The notes under the pieces were generated by a model. The model saw only the letters and a list, made by a program, of their open reading frames with translations. It searched no databases and was not told the origin of the DNA. From Candidatus Oxydemutator sp. (GTDB taxonomy: Bacteria; Pseudomonadota; Gammaproteobacteria; Poriferisulfidales; Oxydemutatoraceae), in assembly GCA_965203445.1 (NCBI GenBank), contig OZ241883.1:2016001-2080000 (forward strand): 64,000 nucleotides of DNA, in the 5' to 3' direction. This document shows positions 61,944 through 64,000 of this stretch, in pieces. Position numbers and translations under genes: made by a program. Numbering within the stretch: position 1 is the first letter of the stretch; each line of letters starts with the position of its first letter.

Positions 61944-64000
61944 CGTCCTTGCCCTCGATGAAGCGGCGCACCCTGCCGTCGGCCAACGCGCGCTTCTCTA
62001 TCAGCGCGCGTTCACAGCCGTCGGGCAACCGCAGCCTGGCGCGCAGCTTGCCGTCGACCTGCACGACGATCTCGCGATGATCGGTCTGCATCGCGCGCTC
62101 ATCGGCGAGCGGCCACGTGCAGTCGAGCACCGGCGTGCGGTGTCCGAGGCGCCGCCACAGACAATGCATGACGTGCGGCGTCACCGGCGCCATCATTTTG
62201 ACAATCGCCTCGTAGCCTTCGCTCCGGACCTTGCGCCCCTTGTCGGAATCGTCGGCGAACCGCGCCAGCGCGTTGCTCAGCTCCATGTTCGCCGCAATCG
62301 CGGTATTGAAGGAGCAGCGGCGCGCGTAGTCGTCGCTGACCTTGGCGATGGTCGCGTGGATGCGGCGGCGCAGGTCGCGGCATGCGGTCTCGTCGGGCCG
62401 GGCGCCGACGGGCGCGGGTGCCGCCAACGCGCGGCAATGCTCCGACACTTGGCGCCAGAAGCGCCGCAAAAAACGAAAACCGCCCTCGACGCCGGCGTCC
62501 GACCATTCCAGCGCTTGCTCCGGCGGCGCCGCGAACATCAGGAAAAGGCGCACGGTGTCGGCGCCGTACTTTTCTATATAGCGTTCTGGATCCACGGTGT
62601 TGCCTTTCGACTTCGACATCTTCGCGCCGTCCTTCAGCACCATGCCCTGCGTCAGCAGGCGCGTGAACGGTTCGTCGCCCTCGACCAGGCCGAAATCTCG
62701 CATCAGTTTGTGGAAAAAGCGCGCGTACAGCAGATGCAGCACCGCATGCTCTATGCCGCCGACGTAACAGTCCACCGGCAACCAGTAGGCAGCCTCGTCG
62801 TCGGGAAGATTCCTGCCCGCGGCGGCAAAGCGCACATAGTACCAGCTTGATTCAAAAAAAGTATCGAAAGTATCGGTTTCACGAGTAATTTCGCGTCCGT
62901 CACCATCATGCCCCGCGTGCCGAAAATCGGGTAGCTGCGACAATGGCATCACACCGGCGCCGCTCTGCCGAGGCAGGCGTACCGGCAATTCATCCTCGCT
63001 CGCCATGCGACAGTCGCCGTCATGATACAACGCCGGAATCGGTGCTCCCCAGTAGCGCTGCCGCGATACGCCCCAGTCCTTGAGGCGGTAGTTCACGCGC
63101 TCCTCGCCGCGCCCGCGTTCCACCAGGTCGCGCAAAATCGCATCGAACGCGGCGGCAAAATCCATGCCGTCGTAGCGCCCGGAGTCGCACAGCACGCCTT
63201 TTTCGGTGAACGCGCCTCGTTCGAGATCGGTCTCGCTGCCGTCGGCCGGGCGGATGACCCGGCGCAGCGGCAAACCGTGGCGGCGCGCGAATTCCCAGTC
63301 GCGCTGGTCGTGCGCCGGCACCGCCATCACCGCGCCCGCGCCGTATTCCATCAACACAAAGTTGGCGCACCACACCGGCAGCAAATCGCCGCTCAACGGG
63401 TGCAGCGCACGCAGCCCGGTGTCCACGCCGTGCTTCTCCCGGGTCATCGCTTCGGCTTCCGAGGTCGGCCTGCGACGACATTCCTCGACCAGTCCGGCCA
63501 GCGCCGGGTTGCCGTCGAGCAACCCCTCGAGCACCGGGTGTTCGGCGGCGACCGCAACGTAGGTCACACCCATCAGCGTGTCCGGGCGCGTCGTGAACAC
63601 CGTCAATGCGTCGTTCCGACCGGCAAGATCGAAGCGAACGGCGACGCCGCGCGAGCGCCCGATCCAGTTGCGCTGCATCTGCCGCACCTGCTCGGGCCAG
63701 GCTGCGAGGTGCTTAAGGTCGTCCAGCAGCTGCTCGGCGTAGGCGCCGATGCGCAAAAACCACTGCGGTATTTTCTTGCGCTCGACGCGCGCGCCGGAGC
63801 GCCAGCCGAGACCGTCTATGACCTGCTCGTTGGCGAGCACGGTCTCATCCACCGGATCCCAGTTGACCCACGCCTCCTTGCGGTAGGCCAGCCCGCGCTC
63901 GTGCAGCTTCGTGAAAAACCACTGCTCCCAGCGGTAGTAGTCCGCTTCGTTGGTAGCGAACTCGCGCTTCCAGTCGTAGCCGTAACCCAGGCGTTTCAGT
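61891..64000 (-). CDS. leuS: Leucyl-tRNA synthetase, C-terminal part (gene starts beyond the window)
   Basis: TVLANEQV, MQRNWIGRS, FTTRPDT, VPAHDQRD, DWGVSRQRYWGAPIP, GGIEHA, KMSKS, VQVDGKLR. Confidence 0.97.
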   Translation of the reverse strand, partial: LKRLGYGYDWKREFATNEADYYRWEQWFFTKLHERGLAYRKEAWVNWDPVDETVLANEQVIDGLGWRSGARVERKKIPQWFLRIGAYAEQLLDDLKHLAAWPEQVRQMQRNWIGRSRGVAVRFDLAGRNDALTVFTTRPDTLMGVTYVAVAAEHPVLEGLLDGNPALAGLVEECRRRPTSEAEAMTREKHGVDTGLRALHPLSGDLLPVWCANFVLMEYGAGAVMAVPAHDQRDWEFARRHGLPLRRVIRPADGSETDLERGAFTEKGVLCDSGRYDGMDFAAAFDAILRDLVERGRGEERVNYRLKDWGVSRQRYWGAPIPALYHDGDCRMASEDELPVRLPRQSGAGVMPLSQLPDFRHAGHDGDGREITRETDTFDTFFESSWYYVRFAAAGRNLPDDEAAYWLPVDCYVGGIEHAVLHLLYARFFHKLMRDFGLVEGDEPFTRLLTQGMVLKDGAKMSKSKGNTVDPERYIEKYGADTVRLFLMFAAPPEQALEWSDAGVEGGFRFLRRFWRQVSEHCRALAAPAPVGARPDETACRDLRRRIHATIAKVSDDYARRCSFNTAIAANMELSNALARFADDSDKGRKVRSEGYEAIVKMMAPVTPHVMHCLWRRLGHRTPVLDCTWPLADERAMQTDHREIVVQVDGKLRARLRLPDGCERALIEKRALADGRVRRFIEGKDVVKTIHVEGRLVNFVVR

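Overview
High-GC (roughly 65% by eye) gammaproteobacterial chromosome segment that spans the replication terminus: a 28-bp dif site lies at 19784-19811, and the four KOPS motifs I found all point towards it. Most of the window is housekeeping. In order: the end of an H4MPT-linked C1 cluster (mch-orf5-orf7-fae), tal/fsa, bepA/tusA, ilvH-ilvC-pssA, moaB, tRNA-Glu, aceE-aceF-lpdA, yadGH, dusA, fabD-fabG-acpP-fabF-pabC-mltG-tmk-holB, infA, clpS-clpA, nudJ-mnmA, acnA, fumC, purB, msbA-lpxK-ycaR-kdsB, recA-recX, lptE and leuS. Five unusual items stand out. (1) Beside dif is a 78-aa Lpp/OprI-type lipoprotein whose coiled-coil core is a methionine zipper plus an alanine zipper (14 Met, no Leu or Ile in 61 mature residues), convergent with an intact L,D-transpeptidase. 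(2) A ~3,100-aa secreted protein is built of six [beta-helix/GLUG-like + Calx-beta] modules with mosaic, partly near-identical repeats and a C-terminal dockerin-like domain; it lies directly downstream of a GldA/GldF/GldG/DUF4340-type ABC operon. (3) An orphan VapB antitoxin is followed by a 23-codon VapC ruin. (4) A retropepsin/SEC-C protein has its catalytic Asp replaced by Asn. (5) Several conserved operons lack their usual first or last gene. I saw no integrase, transposase, reverse transcriptase, rRNA or CRISPR array. All family assignments come from motif recognition by eye; no database searches were run.
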